Source: Clostridia bacterium (lineage in GTDB: Bacteria; Bacillota; Clostridia; Oscillospirales; UBA644). From it: a stretch of 45,505 bases of DNA. Below the pieces are notes generated by a model that searched no databases, was not told where the DNA came from, and saw only the letters and a program-made list of their open reading frames with translations. Shown here piece after piece: positions 1 through 8,449 of this stretch. A program made the translations under genes and the position numbers. Each line of letters begins with the position of its first letter. Within the stretch, counting starts at the first letter, position 1. Location of the stretch: the NCBI GenBank assembly GCA_017440085.1, contig JAFSHW010000017.1, positions 1 to 45,505 of the forward strand. Direction: 5' to 3'.

Positions 1-936
1 ATCATTCATAAAATTAACGGTCCAATTACCTATAGTACCGATGGACAAAGTATACACGAGGAACATTACAAGAATAAAAATAGGAATCGCAAGAACTCTG
101 TTGGTTACAACCCTGTCAATCTTATCGGAAACTGACATTCTGCTCGTATTCTTTTTCTTGTAGCACTTTGCAGTAATGGAAGCTATGTAGTTATATCTTT
201 CGTTTGTAATAATCGCTTCAGCGTCGTCATCAAATTCCGTTTCAACGTGAACGATGTCTGCTTCAATGTGTTCAATAATTTTTTTATCAAGATTAAGCTG
301 AGCAAGAACCTTATCGTCGCGCTCGAAAATTTTAATAGCGTACCATCTTTGCTGTTCATCGGGCATATTGTGAACTGCCGCTTCTTCAATGTGAGCAAGG
401 GCATGCTCTACTTCGCCTGAAAATGCGTGAGTGGGAATAGTTTTCGTCTTGTTTGCGGCAACGATAGCAGCCTCAGCCGCTTCCATAATGCCGTCACCCT
501 TGAGGGCGGAAATTTCAACTACCTTGCAGCCAATAGCCTTTGAAAGGGCTTCAATATTAATAACGTCACCGTTCTTTCGAACCAAATCCATCATATTAAT
601 TGCAACCACTACGGGAATGCCGATTTCCGTAAGCTGGGTTGTAAGGTAAAGGTTTCTTTCAAGGTTTGTACCGTCAACAAGGTTCATAATAACGTCGGGG
701 CGTTCGCCGATAAGATAATTTCTTGCAACGACCTCTTCAAGCGTATAGGGTGAAAGTGAATAGATACCGGGAAGGTCGGTGACGATTACGTCGTCGTATT
801 TTTTAAGCTTACCTTCTTTTTTCTCAACGGTAACGCCGGGCCAGTTGCCTACGAACTGGTTGGAGCCTGTGAGCGCGTTAAAGAGAGTAGTTTTACCACA
901 GTTTGGGTTGCCCGCAAGGGCAATTCTGATACTCAT
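1..936 (-). CDS. feoB: Ferrous iron transporter FeoB, N-terminal GTPase part. The CDS runs off the window edge and is absent from the ORF track because it is truncated.
   Basis: Reverse translation from the ATG at 936..934 gives MSIRIALAGNPNCGKTTLFNALTGSNQFVGNWPGVTVEKKEG...VTDLPGIYSL, which carries the FeoB G-domain motifs. An AAAGGA RBS lies upstream. The gene is immediately downstream of feoA. Confidence 0.9.
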   Translation of the reverse strand, partial: MSIRIALAGNPNCGKTTLFNALTGSNQFVGNWPGVTVEKKEGKLKKYDDVIVTDLPGIYSLSPYTLEEVVARNYLIGERPDVIMNLVDGTNLERNLYLTTQLTEIGIPVVVAINMMDLVRKNGDVINIEALSKAIGCKVVEISALKGDGIMEAAEAAIVAANKTKTIPTHAFSGEVEHALAHIEEAAVHNMPDEQQRWYAIKIFERDDKVLAQLNLDKKIIEHIEADIVHVETEFDDDAEAIITNERYNYIASITAKCYKKKNTSRMSVSDKIDRVVTNRVLAIPIFILVMFLVYTLSIGTIGNWTVNFMND

Positions 937-1048
937 TGTTCTTTTTCCTTTCTGATGCCAAACGGTAAGCCTTGGCTAACCGTGTCTTGTAAAAAATTTC
1001 GGGGGTCATTCACCCCGTAAAACAAAAATTTAAAGATGAAGCATAAAT

Positions 1049-1270
1049 TTATTCAACTTCAATCATTTCAGCGTCGTCTTTTCTGATAGAAAGCTCGTAG
1101 CCTCTGACGTTTACTTCAATAGGATCTCCCAGAGGTGCAACCTTGCGAACGAAAATTTCCACGCCCTTTGTGATTCCCATATCCATGATGCGTCTCTTCA
1201 GTGCGCCTTCACCGTAAAGCTTAACGACCTTTGCAGTGCCGCCGATTTTCACGTCTTTCAACGTTTTCAT
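1049..1270 (-). CDS. feoA: FeoA family iron transport protein
   Basis: A 73-aa SH3-like FeoA sequence (KIGGTAKVVKL...GALKRRIMDMGITKGVEI...APLGDPIEV) sits upstream of feoB. Confidence 0.9.
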   Translation of the reverse strand: MKTLKDVKIGGTAKVVKLYGEGALKRRIMDMGITKGVEIFVRKVAPLGDPIEVNVRGYELSIRKDDAEMIEVE

Positions 1271-1346
1271 GCCCTATCCCCCTAAATCAAATTTTGTATA
1301 ACCGGCTAACCCTGATTTTAAAAGGCAGGAACGTCTGCCCGCAAAT

Positions 1347-1365
1347 ATGAGTTAGCCTAACCTAA
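1347..1365. promoter_or_regulatory. IdeR/DtxR-type iron box (operator) on the feoAB promoter
   Basis: ATGAGTTAGCCTAACCTAA matches the canonical TTAGGTTAGCCTAACCTAA palindrome at 16 of 19 positions. It starts 9 nt downstream of the -10 element. Confidence 0.6.
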
Positions 1366-1374
1366 CCATAGAGT

Positions 1375-1403
1375 ATTTTACCACAGAATATGCAGTTTGT
1401 CAA
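1375..1403 (-). promoter_or_regulatory. Sigma-A type promoter of feoAB
   Basis: On the minus strand: TTGACA (1403..1398), a 17-nt spacer, then TAAAAT (1380..1375). Confidence 0.6.
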
Positions 1404-1496
1404 GTATTTTATTCGACATTTCTTACATATTTTTCAATTTCGGCAAAATGACGAAAATTAAATTAGCCGCCGCTAACTTAATTTGTAAATTTAACC

Positions 1497-1522
1497 AAAA
1501 AACGGGCAGCCGAAACTGCCCG
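1497..1522 (-). terminator. Rho-independent terminator of the lipoprotein gene
   Basis: On the minus strand: CGGGCAG-tttcgg-CTGCCCG followed by TTTTTT. Confidence 0.7.
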
Positions 1523-1536
1523 AAATAAGGCTTGAA

Positions 1537-2589
1537 TTATTCTATTGTAAATTCTGCGTACATATTACCCCAAGGAATAACAAAGCGATAAGTGCCAACG
1601 GGTAAATTTTTAAAAATGGTAGTCAAGGGAACTTTCCAGCTATATTTATATCCGTCGAAATCTACGCTTCCTGAACTTTCAAGGTCGAAAAGCATATAGC
1701 CTGCATAATCGTATGGAACAAAATCTTCCCAAACCTTTGAACCGCCAATTCCTAAACCCAAAGCATCGTACCACACGCCGTCAATGAGTACTTCAAGGTT
1801 GCGAACCTGCTCTGAGTACCCACCTGCAAATATATGGTCAGTGGTGCAAACGTATAGAACCAAATCTTCCATATTTTCCTTTTGGGCAACTGAAGGCTCG
1901 CAATACACTATTGCTTTATTCTCTACCGCATCGGGGTACTTGGTTGGTGTCAGTTTTGAAACGTCAAAAGTAAATTCCGTCGGTTCAGGAATTACGGGGT
2001 AATCACTTTCAGGGTCTTGAATGACGAATTCCACAGATTTCCAACCGTCCACGTCTTTTAGTATTCTGTATCTTCCAACGGGAAGATTTTTATACGCAGT
2101 AGTCAAGGGGATAGTCTGCGTAGCGGGTTCCCAAAGGTGCGCTTTTTCAGAACTGAAATATCTAAGCGTTCCCCAATATTTGCCGGGAACGAAATCATAC
2201 ATTACACTTGCGGTGTCGTGCCATCTGCCGTTGTGATAAACCTCTAAATAATAAGTCTGCTCGCCATACTTGTTTTCAAGAGATTCATGACCGTAAGATA
2301 CAACCAAATCCACGAACTCGCCCTTTTTGATTACGGAAGGTTCAACGGAAAGAAGCGTAGAGTCTTGGGGAACGACGCCGGGCATCGCAGAACCGCTAAG
2401 TTCTACGTCGTCAAAGCTAAAATTCGGTAAATCCTCATTTATATCGGGTTTGGAGTCTTCCGGTTCTGGATCGGAAACCACGGGAGGATTGGGGTCAACC
2501 ACATCGGGGGGATTTGTGCAAGCCTGAATAAGCAAAAGAAGAAGCCCCATAAAAATAATCGGCAAAAACTTTTTGAAATTCATTTTCAT
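1537..2589 (-). CDS. Secreted lipoprotein of unknown function with an internal tandem duplication
   Basis: It has a signal peptide and lipobox (LLLLLIQAC). GGAGG lies 8 nt upstream of the ATG at 2589, whereas the track start at 2595 is a TTG with no spacing. The two halves share EPSV, LEV..G.W.D, DFVP and PLTT.(Y/F)KNLPVG.YR motifs. Confidence 0.75.
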   Translation of the reverse strand: MKMNFKKFLPIIFMGLLLLLIQACTNPPDVVDPNPPVVSDPEPEDSKPDINEDLPNFSFDDVELSGSAMPGVVPQDSTLLSVEPSVIKKGEFVDLVVSYGHESLENKYGEQTYYLEVYHNGRWHDTASVMYDFVPGKYWGTLRYFSSEKAHLWEPATQTIPLTTAYKNLPVGRYRILKDVDGWKSVEFVIQDPESDYPVIPEPTEFTFDVSKLTPTKYPDAVENKAIVYCEPSVAQKENMEDLVLYVCTTDHIFAGGYSEQVRNLEVLIDGVWYDALGLGIGGSKVWEDFVPYDYAGYMLFDLESSGSVDFDGYKYSWKVPLTTIFKNLPVGTYRFVIPWGNMYAEFTIE

Positions 2590-2633
2590 ATACAAAACCT
2601 CCTAAAGAAAATTCAGAGTCTCTCTGTGTATTT

Positions 2634-2662
2634 ATTATAACATATTTTTGAGGGATTTTCAA
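2634..2662 (-). promoter_or_regulatory. Promoter of the lipoprotein gene
   Basis: On the minus strand: TTGAAA, a 17-nt spacer, then TGtTATAAT (extended -10). Confidence 0.5.
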
Positions 2663-2721
2663 TACAGTTCCATTTACATTCACAAGTAATCAAAAAAATT
2701 CACAATAACACAAAAAAGCCC

Positions 2722-2750
2722 TTGATTTTCCCACAAATTTATGGTATCAT
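2722..2750 (+). promoter_or_regulatory. Promoter of the dtxR-family/lit-like operon
   Basis: TTGATT, a 17-nt spacer, then TGgTATCAT (extended -10). Confidence 0.5.
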
Positions 2751-2786
2751 AATATAGGTAATAAAACTTCAAAGCAGGAGATGACT

Positions 2787-3146
2787 ATGAACTTACACGA
2801 ATCGGGCGAAATGTATCTTGAAAACATTTACGTGCTCAGCCAACAGATGTCCGGGGTGCGCTCCATTGACATCGTAAACCACACAGGCTACTCAAAGCCC
2901 AGCATCAGCAGAGCTATCGGTTTGCTGAAAGACGAGGGTTTTATTCTTGTTGACAAAAAGGGATACATCACTCTGACGGAAACGGGTGCGGCAAAGGCAA
3001 AGAAAATTTACCAGCGCCACGAAATGCTGACTGAATTTTTCGTAAGCATCGGTGTTTCCGAAGAAACCGCTTCTGCCGATGCGTGCAAGATTGAACACGT
3101 CATCAGCGATGAAACAATTGAAGCAATTAAGCGATTGAAAAAATGA
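2787..3146 (+). CDS. DtxR/MntR-family metal-dependent transcriptional repressor (short form, no SH3-like domain)
   Basis: It has an N-terminal winged HTH (SGEMYLENIYVL...SIDIVNHTGYSKPSISRAIGLLKDEGFI) and a dimerisation helix (HEMLTEFF). AGGAG lies 6 nt before the ATG at 2787, whereas the track ATG at 2781 abuts the RBS. Confidence 0.85.
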   Translation: MNLHESGEMYLENIYVLSQQMSGVRSIDIVNHTGYSKPSISRAIGLLKDEGFILVDKKGYITLTETGAAKAKKIYQRHEMLTEFFVSIGVSEETASADACKIEHVISDETIEAIKRLKK

Positions 3147-3802
3147 AAACAAATACTGCAAAAAACCGCATAATGACGGCAATTTTCGCCATTTTTGCGG
3201 TTCTTCTCATAATCAGCGGTTCAATCGCATTGCCAATATATATTCGCCCTTTCTACTACGCACATATTGAGCCGTTGGAATTAGTTGAAAAAACGAACAA
3301 AAGTGAAGTGGAAATAAAAGCCGCATACGATGAAATTTTGGACTATTTGACAATACCGGGAGGCGAATTCGGCGCAGGCTCATTCAAATATTCGGAAGAG
3401 GGCAAAAGCCATTTTGGAGACTGCAAGGGGCTGTTTCTTTTTGACACAGCGGTACTGATAATTTCCATTGCCGCAGTTGTGACTTTGGGAATTTTGGCAA
3501 AGAAAAAGGTCTTTGAGCTTTGCACGCCATTTAACCGCCACGTGCTTTTCACCGCAGGAGTTTCCGTTTTGGGGCTGTTTTCAGCCATTGCGCTGATTGC
3601 CGCAGTAGATTTTGACAGAGCGTTTACAGTTTTCCACACCCTGTTCTTTCCGGGAAAGGATAACTGGATTTTCGACCCCCGCACCGACGAAATAATTCTC
3701 GCCTTGCCACAAACTTTCTTTATGAATTGCGCAATCCTTATCGTCAGCGCAATAATAATCGCCTCGGCAAGCTGTATATTATTCGGACGGAAGAAAAAAT
3801 AA
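3143..3802 (+). CDS. DUF1461/TIGR01906-like integral membrane protein (Lit, lipoprotein intramolecular transacylase family)
   Basis: It has 4-5 TM helices. The motifs SHFGDCKGLF and FHTLFFPGKDNWIFDPRTDEIILALPQTFF are as I recall for this family. It overlaps the upstream repressor stop by ATGA. Confidence 0.65.
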   Translation: MKTNTAKNRIMTAIFAIFAVLLIISGSIALPIYIRPFYYAHIEPLELVEKTNKSEVEIKAAYDEILDYLTIPGGEFGAGSFKYSEEGKSHFGDCKGLFLFDTAVLIISIAAVVTLGILAKKKVFELCTPFNRHVLFTAGVSVLGLFSAIALIAAVDFDRAFTVFHTLFFPGKDNWIFDPRTDEIILALPQTFFMNCAILIVSAIIIASASCILFGRKKK

Positions 3803-3900
3803 AATTAAAGGACCGGCTCATTTAGCCAGATCAAAAGCCCTCCTTTAAAATCTGAGACAACTTTTAACTGAAATATACCGCCTAAGTTTTTTAGATGTCA

Positions 3901-3927
3901 AAATCCACCGAAAATTTCGGTGGATTT
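3901..3927. terminator. Bidirectional rho-independent terminator
   Basis: AAATCCACCGAAA-a-TTTCGGTGGATTT is a near-perfect palindrome flanked by A and T runs. It lies between convergent genes. Confidence 0.7.
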
Positions 3928-4037
3928 CCTCTATTATATGGGCTTTTTAGGCGAGACTTGGCTCCCTACCGTACATATGTACGCCGACAAGATCCAAATC
4001 TCGCCTTCCGCATCTAACTAATCCAGCCCCTTTTTGA

Positions 4038-5093
4038 TTATATAATTTTTTTCCACTTTTCGGCGAATTTATCCAAGGCGGCAAAGTCCATTGCGGATAT
4101 GTAAATTTCTTCAAGGTCGTCGTGGTAGCTTTTTGCGGTGGAAATTGAATCCACAGCCTCTTCAAGGCAGATTTTCAGAAGCTTTGCGGCGGCAACTGCG
4201 TGTTTTGCTTCAGGATCTATGGTTTCGGCAATAAATCTGCTCAAATTCACAGTTCTTGCGTTTCGTGCCTCAAAGCAGGTCAGCTTATCGGAAGTGACGA
4301 AGGCTACGTCAAGCTGTGGAATGGCAACGTGGGTGATCCTTTCAGGTTCTAGAGGCGCGTGAAACTCGTAAACGTCAAAACCTCTGTCTATGGCTTCCTT
4401 TTTCACGTATTCAAATACGGGTGCACCGATTCCGTATTTATCCTTAACCACGAAAACGTCGGCACAAAGGGTGTAGATCGTATCCTTAAAAGTTACGAAC
4501 CCCTTGGGTGTTATTCCGGAAAGGAATCTGACATAAGTTTTGCCGCCATCTCCTTTTTTCTCTCGGAAAATTTTCGGCAAAAGATTTTGGAAATATTTCA
4601 GCATAGCATCGGAATCAAGGTATCTTTGAGCTGTTGCCCGAAGTTCGGACGAGGCGCAAGAGGCTGCTTTCAAATATCTGTACGCCCTAGCATAGCAGAC
4701 CTGAATTTTACCGCTGAGCCAAAGAATATCTTCCTTTGCAGGGTCTAGAGCCTTTTTGCTGAGGAATTGCCCCACGTCAATGATTCCACCCATTACGCCG
4801 GGGTATTTGGGTTCCATAACGTGAGGGGGCGTACCATCGGTGAAAACGGTTTCCGTTTCGTAAATATAAACTCCATCCAAGGAATCCGGATCTGAGGAGC
4901 AATAGACGTATTCTGTGAAATTTCCTTTTGCTACGGCGGCGGAGGCAAGCTTTTTCATCAAACTGCTTTTCCCTGTACCGGGTCCGCCTTTGATTACGAA
5001 AGCGTGCTTCCCTTTCAAAAACTCGTCAAAAAAAGAAAAAAACCCATTTGCAGAGTTAGCGCTGAGGAAGGTCCTAATGGTCTGACCGTTCAT
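4038..5093 (-). CDS. P-loop NTPase of unknown function (resembles the PRK06851-type family)
   Basis: It has a Walker A motif (GGPGTGKSSLMKKL). GGAAAGGGA lies 9 nt before the ATG at 5093. Confidence 0.75.
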   Translation of the reverse strand: MNGQTIRTFLSANSANGFFSFFDEFLKGKHAFVIKGGPGTGKSSLMKKLASAAVAKGNFTEYVYCSSDPDSLDGVYIYETETVFTDGTPPHVMEPKYPGVMGGIIDVGQFLSKKALDPAKEDILWLSGKIQVCYARAYRYLKAASCASSELRATAQRYLDSDAMLKYFQNLLPKIFREKKGDGGKTYVRFLSGITPKGFVTFKDTIYTLCADVFVVKDKYGIGAPVFEYVKKEAIDRGFDVYEFHAPLEPERITHVAIPQLDVAFVTSDKLTCFEARNARTVNLSRFIAETIDPEAKHAVAAAKLLKICLEEAVDSISTAKSYHDDLEEIYISAMDFAALDKFAEKWKKII

Positions 5094-5190
5094 AAAAATC
5101 AATCCCTTTCCACATAATTTGATTCATCGGTTATCCGTAATCATATTATGCAAAAAGGGATTTTTTGATTATGCCGTAATATTAAACTTT

Positions 5191-8100
5191 TTAATATTCA
5201 ACGAGAAGAGTCTTGATTTCAAAGGGTCTGAAGGTAAGATCTACGGAATTGTTTTCTACCGGAAGCTCTTCAATAATATCTTCAAGCATATTTGTAGCGT
5301 AAACCTTCTTTACCTTCTTTCCGAACTTCACAGTTGAAGAGGTTCTGTTGCGTTCACATTCGTAAAGGCGAACGACGAAAGCTTTTTCTGCGTATTCAGC
5401 GTATTTAACAGCTTCACAAATAACGTTGGGAGCAGAAATTTCCATAAAGCTCTTTTCGTTTTTCGCAGCACCGTTTGCAACGATAACGGGAGAGTTAAGC
5501 ATATAGGAAGGACGGATTACGTTTTCCGTGCTCATAGCGCCATCGTGGGGAAGGAATGAGTAGGTAAATTCGTGAACACCCTTGTCGTTGGTATAGTCGG
5601 GATGTCTGCCGCCTCTGTGGAGAGAGAGTCTCAAATTGCCGTTTTCTACGGAAATACCGTATTTGCAATCGTTAAGAACAGCTACGCCGAAACGGGATTC
5701 TGAAATATCTGTCCACTTATGGTTGCAAACCTCGAATTTAGCCGCTTCAATGCTATTATTCTGAGTTGTGGGTCTTTCAACGTGACCGTACTGGATTTCA
5801 TTTTTAACGGTGTTCGCCCAAACGTCAACGTCAAAGCCAGCTTTAAGGAGAGTATGCTGTTCATCCCAATCAACGATAGTGTGGAAGTCAATCTGCTCGG
5901 AATTTGCGTGGAAAATCATATCCTGCTTAATAGTGGAGCGTTTGCCGATTTTATATTCGGAGCGAATACGAAGCTGAACGGGACCTTCAGAAACAAGCTC
6001 ACGGGAAACGAGGCGCATATCGGGCTTCATTTTCAAGAATGCATCAGCGTCAATATCCCAGTTATCCCACGCCTGAGGAACGTCTTCTGCAAGCCAGAAG
6101 GTATTGAGTGATTCACCGTTTTCCTTTTTAAGCTGTCTGCCGGTTTTCTTGTTGATATAAGAAGAAATCGCACCGTTTTCGTCAAATTCGATATAAGCAA
6201 AAGGAGTTTCAAGCTTTTTGCCATCGTAAACGAAAGCAGATTTGCCTTTGCCGTAGCCGTCTGTAAGCTCAAGTTTCTTTGCGCTGAATGAGGGAACCTT
6301 CACGCCGCCAACAACGGTAATCTTTTTGCCGTTAAGGTCTGTGAACTTCTGGTTCTTTGCACCCTTTACGCCGCCTCGAATGCCTTCAAGGTAAATATCG
6401 TCATTTCTTTCAAAGGAAAGGGTGTTGAATACTGTAAGTCCATCGTCATCGGAAACCATTTTCTTGGAATATTTAGCAATATCCTCGTTATATTCGCCGA
6501 TAAGTGAGGTCATTTCCTCAACGGATTTAACGTTTACTTCAGTAATACTTGAACCGGGAAGAATATCGTGGAACTGATTTTTCAGAAGAGTTTTAAGTTT
6601 TCTGTCTGCTGCAGGGTCTTTTTTCGCACCGGAAGCAACGTTAAGGTATTCAGCGTCACGAAGAGCAAATTCAGCCTTACGGTTGTTTCTCTTAATCTGG
6701 TGCATCTGAGTAAGCGTACCTCTGTGAAGTTCAAGGTAAAGCTCACCTGTGTATGTGGGGTATTTATCCTGGTCCTTTTCAAGGTCCTGCATAAATTCGC
6801 TTACAGTGGTATATCTGATATTGGGCAGACCTTCAATATTTGCGGAGAACGTACCCTCGGCAATCATTTCTTCAAAGGGACCGCCGCCACCGTCACCAAA
6901 GCCGTATGCATAAAGTTTTTTGTTGGTAATCTGAGGACTTCTGATTTCGTTGTTCACAACATTTACAATATCCTCGGGATTAGGATGCCTATGAGTAATA
7001 TTGAAATGAGTGAGGACTTCACTGCCGTCAATACCCTTCCACTTGAAGGTGTCAATTGGGAAGTAGTTCAAGTCGTTCCAACCGATTTTCGTGGTATTGA
7101 AATATTTAACGTTACAGCCCTTCATAATCTGAGGAATTGCGGCACTATAACCGAAGGTATCGGGAAGCCAGAAGGAGTCTGCTGTATAGTTGAAGTTTTC
7201 ACGAGTGAACATCTGACCCTTGAGGAACTGACGAATCATAGCTTCGCCTGAAGTAATGTTACAGTCGCATTCAACGAAAACACCGCCGTTGGGCTCATAT
7301 CTGCCTTCTGCCACACGTTTTTTCATATCTTCAAAAATCGTGGGGTAATAATCTTTCATCCATTCGCTGTGGAGAGCAGAGGACTGAATGAAATTATATT
7401 CGGGATAAAGCTCCATCATATGCAAAGCGTTTGCATATGTACGGGCGCATTTGCGAATAGTTTCGTCAACCGGCCAAAGCCAAGCGGTATCCATATGAGA
7501 ATGGCCAAGAATCCCAACAACCGCTCTTGAAGAATCTTCGCCCTTAAGCTTATTTTCTTCTTTAAATCTATCAACGATAGCAATGCAATCGTCAAGAACG
7601 GCGTTGATTTCTTCATCGGACATAAACTGAGGATGAACCTGAAGAAGCATAAATATTTCTTCAAGGGCATCGTAAGCTTTCTTTTTCAAAACGTTATCTT
7701 TGGGAAGAACTCGAGCCATCTGGAAAATACATTTACCTGCAAGAGTAAATTCCCAAAGCTTTCTGTTTATTGTATAAACAACCATACCATTGTAAGTCTG
7801 CTTATATTCATTGGGGTCTTCAGCGTATCCGTAATTTGCAAAGGGCTCGCAACCGATATTAGGGTGACCTGCGTAAAATTCGGTAGCAACGTCAAATTCC
7901 GTGCCCTCGGGAGCACCTGCAGTAATCTGCTGGAAGCTGTGACCTTCGCCGTTAAAAATACCGTAGGGCTTGCCGTTTACGAACATAAGGCCTTCTCGGT
8001 AAGTCATATCGGGGCCAAGGTAAAGGGGCTGATTTGCGGCTTCTGCGGGAACTTTGAAACCAAAGCGAACCCACATATTCATCCATCTGCCGCCCCATTC

Positions 8101-8277
8101 TTCGCCCTTCGTAAGCTTAAACCAATTTTTTGTGGGGACTGTGCGATAATGCTCTTTGGTAACGTGTTTTTTGACGTTTTTAGCATCAAAAAGCTTTACG
8201 TAGCTTCTTTCGTGGTACTTATCGAACGCAAGGTTCATTTTAGAAAGAAGTCGCTCGTTGTACTGCTGATATACCAT
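5191..8277 (-). CDS. GH38 family alpha-mannosidase
   Basis: It is about 1030 aa and carries the GH38 signature GHSHMDTAWLWP. GGAGAG lies 7 nt before the ATG at 8277. Confidence 0.9.
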   Translation of the reverse strand: MVYQQYNERLLSKMNLAFDKYHERSYVKLFDAKNVKKHVTKEHYRTVPTKNWFKLTKGEEWGGRWMNMWVRFGFKVPAEAANQPLYLGPDMTYREGLMFVNGKPYGIFNGEGHSFQQITAGAPEGTEFDVATEFYAGHPNIGCEPFANYGYAEDPNEYKQTYNGMVVYTINRKLWEFTLAGKCIFQMARVLPKDNVLKKKAYDALEEIFMLLQVHPQFMSDEEINAVLDDCIAIVDRFKEENKLKGEDSSRAVVGILGHSHMDTAWLWPVDETIRKCARTYANALHMMELYPEYNFIQSSALHSEWMKDYYPTIFEDMKKRVAEGRYEPNGGVFVECDCNITSGEAMIRQFLKGQMFTRENFNYTADSFWLPDTFGYSAAIPQIMKGCNVKYFNTTKIGWNDLNYFPIDTFKWKGIDGSEVLTHFNITHRHPNPEDIVNVVNNEIRSPQITNKKLYAYGFGDGGGGPFEEMIAEGTFSANIEGLPNIRYTTVSEFMQDLEKDQDKYPTYTGELYLELHRGTLTQMHQIKRNNRKAEFALRDAEYLNVASGAKKDPAADRKLKTLLKNQFHDILPGSSITEVNVKSVEEMTSLIGEYNEDIAKYSKKMVSDDDGLTVFNTLSFERNDDIYLEGIRGGVKGAKNQKFTDLNGKKITVVGGVKVPSFSAKKLELTDGYGKGKSAFVYDGKKLETPFAYIEFDENGAISSYINKKTGRQLKKENGESLNTFWLAEDVPQAWDNWDIDADAFLKMKPDMRLVSRELVSEGPVQLRIRSEYKIGKRSTIKQDMIFHANSEQIDFHTIVDWDEQHTLLKAGFDVDVWANTVKNEIQYGHVERPTTQNNSIEAAKFEVCNHKWTDISESRFGVAVLNDCKYGISVENGNLRLSLHRGGRHPDYTNDKGVHEFTYSFLPHDGAMSTENVIRPSYMLNSPVIVANGAAKNEKSFMEISAPNVICEAVKYAEYAEKAFVVRLYECERNRTSSTVKFGKKVKKVYATNMLEDIIEELPVENNSVDLTFRPFEIKTLLVEY

Positions 8278-8309
8278 AAGAAATCTCTCCAATCAAATTT
8301 AGTTAACTA

Positions 8310-8338
8310 ATTTTACCATAAATAATAAAAAAAAGCAA
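8310..8338 (-). promoter_or_regulatory. Promoter of the GH38 gene
   Basis: On the minus strand: TTGCTT, a 17-nt spacer, then TGgTAAAAT. Confidence 0.5.
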
Positions 8339-8394
8339 GCCCTTTTTTCCTAAAGAAAAAATATTCATTGAAATGACGAATTTTACTGCAACTC

Positions 8395-8423
8395 TTGACA
8401 TTTTTGCCGCTATATGATAAAAT
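8395..8423 (+). promoter_or_regulatory. Promoter of the helicase gene
   Basis: TTGACA, a 17-nt spacer, then TAAAAT. The -10 lies downstream of the track ATG at 8414, so that start is excluded. Confidence 0.55.
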
Positions 8424-8449
8424 TTAAGAAAAAAGAAAGGGGGATAACA

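Noticed and set aside
183-649. Track ORFs 183..404(-) and 431..649(+)
   Set aside because: Both lie inside the strongly supported feoB reading frame, either out of frame or antisense. They have low-complexity translations and no RBS.
2719-2733. A 15-nt identity (CCCTTGATTTTCCCA) between the dtxR-family promoter and the MATE promoter (43184..43198, minus strand)
   Set aside because: The match covers a -35 element plus T-rich spacer. An exact 15-mer match is within chance expectation for all-against-all comparison of a 45-kb AT-biased window.
2751-2772. A possible autoregulatory DtxR box downstream of the dtxR-family promoter (ATAGGTAATAAAACTTCAA)
   Set aside because: It matches the iron-box consensus at only about 9 of 19 positions, which is indistinguishable from background.
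3950-4005. Possible tRNA or small RNA gene, suggested by the cloverleaf-like nested stems
   Set aside because: It is only about 56 nt between the outer arms. It has no T-loop (GTTCRA) or D-loop consensus and no acceptor/CCA geometry. It is kept only as an unexplained palindromic element.
5682-8310. Several long ORFs overlapping the GH38 gene, antisense or out of frame (5682..5891, 5719..6111, 6033..6272, 6568..7251, 7633..8310 and others)
   Set aside because: They overlap a 1028-aa gene with a clear family signature. Their translations are low-complexity (rich in F, L, V, N and K) with no RBS, as is typical of shadow ORFs.
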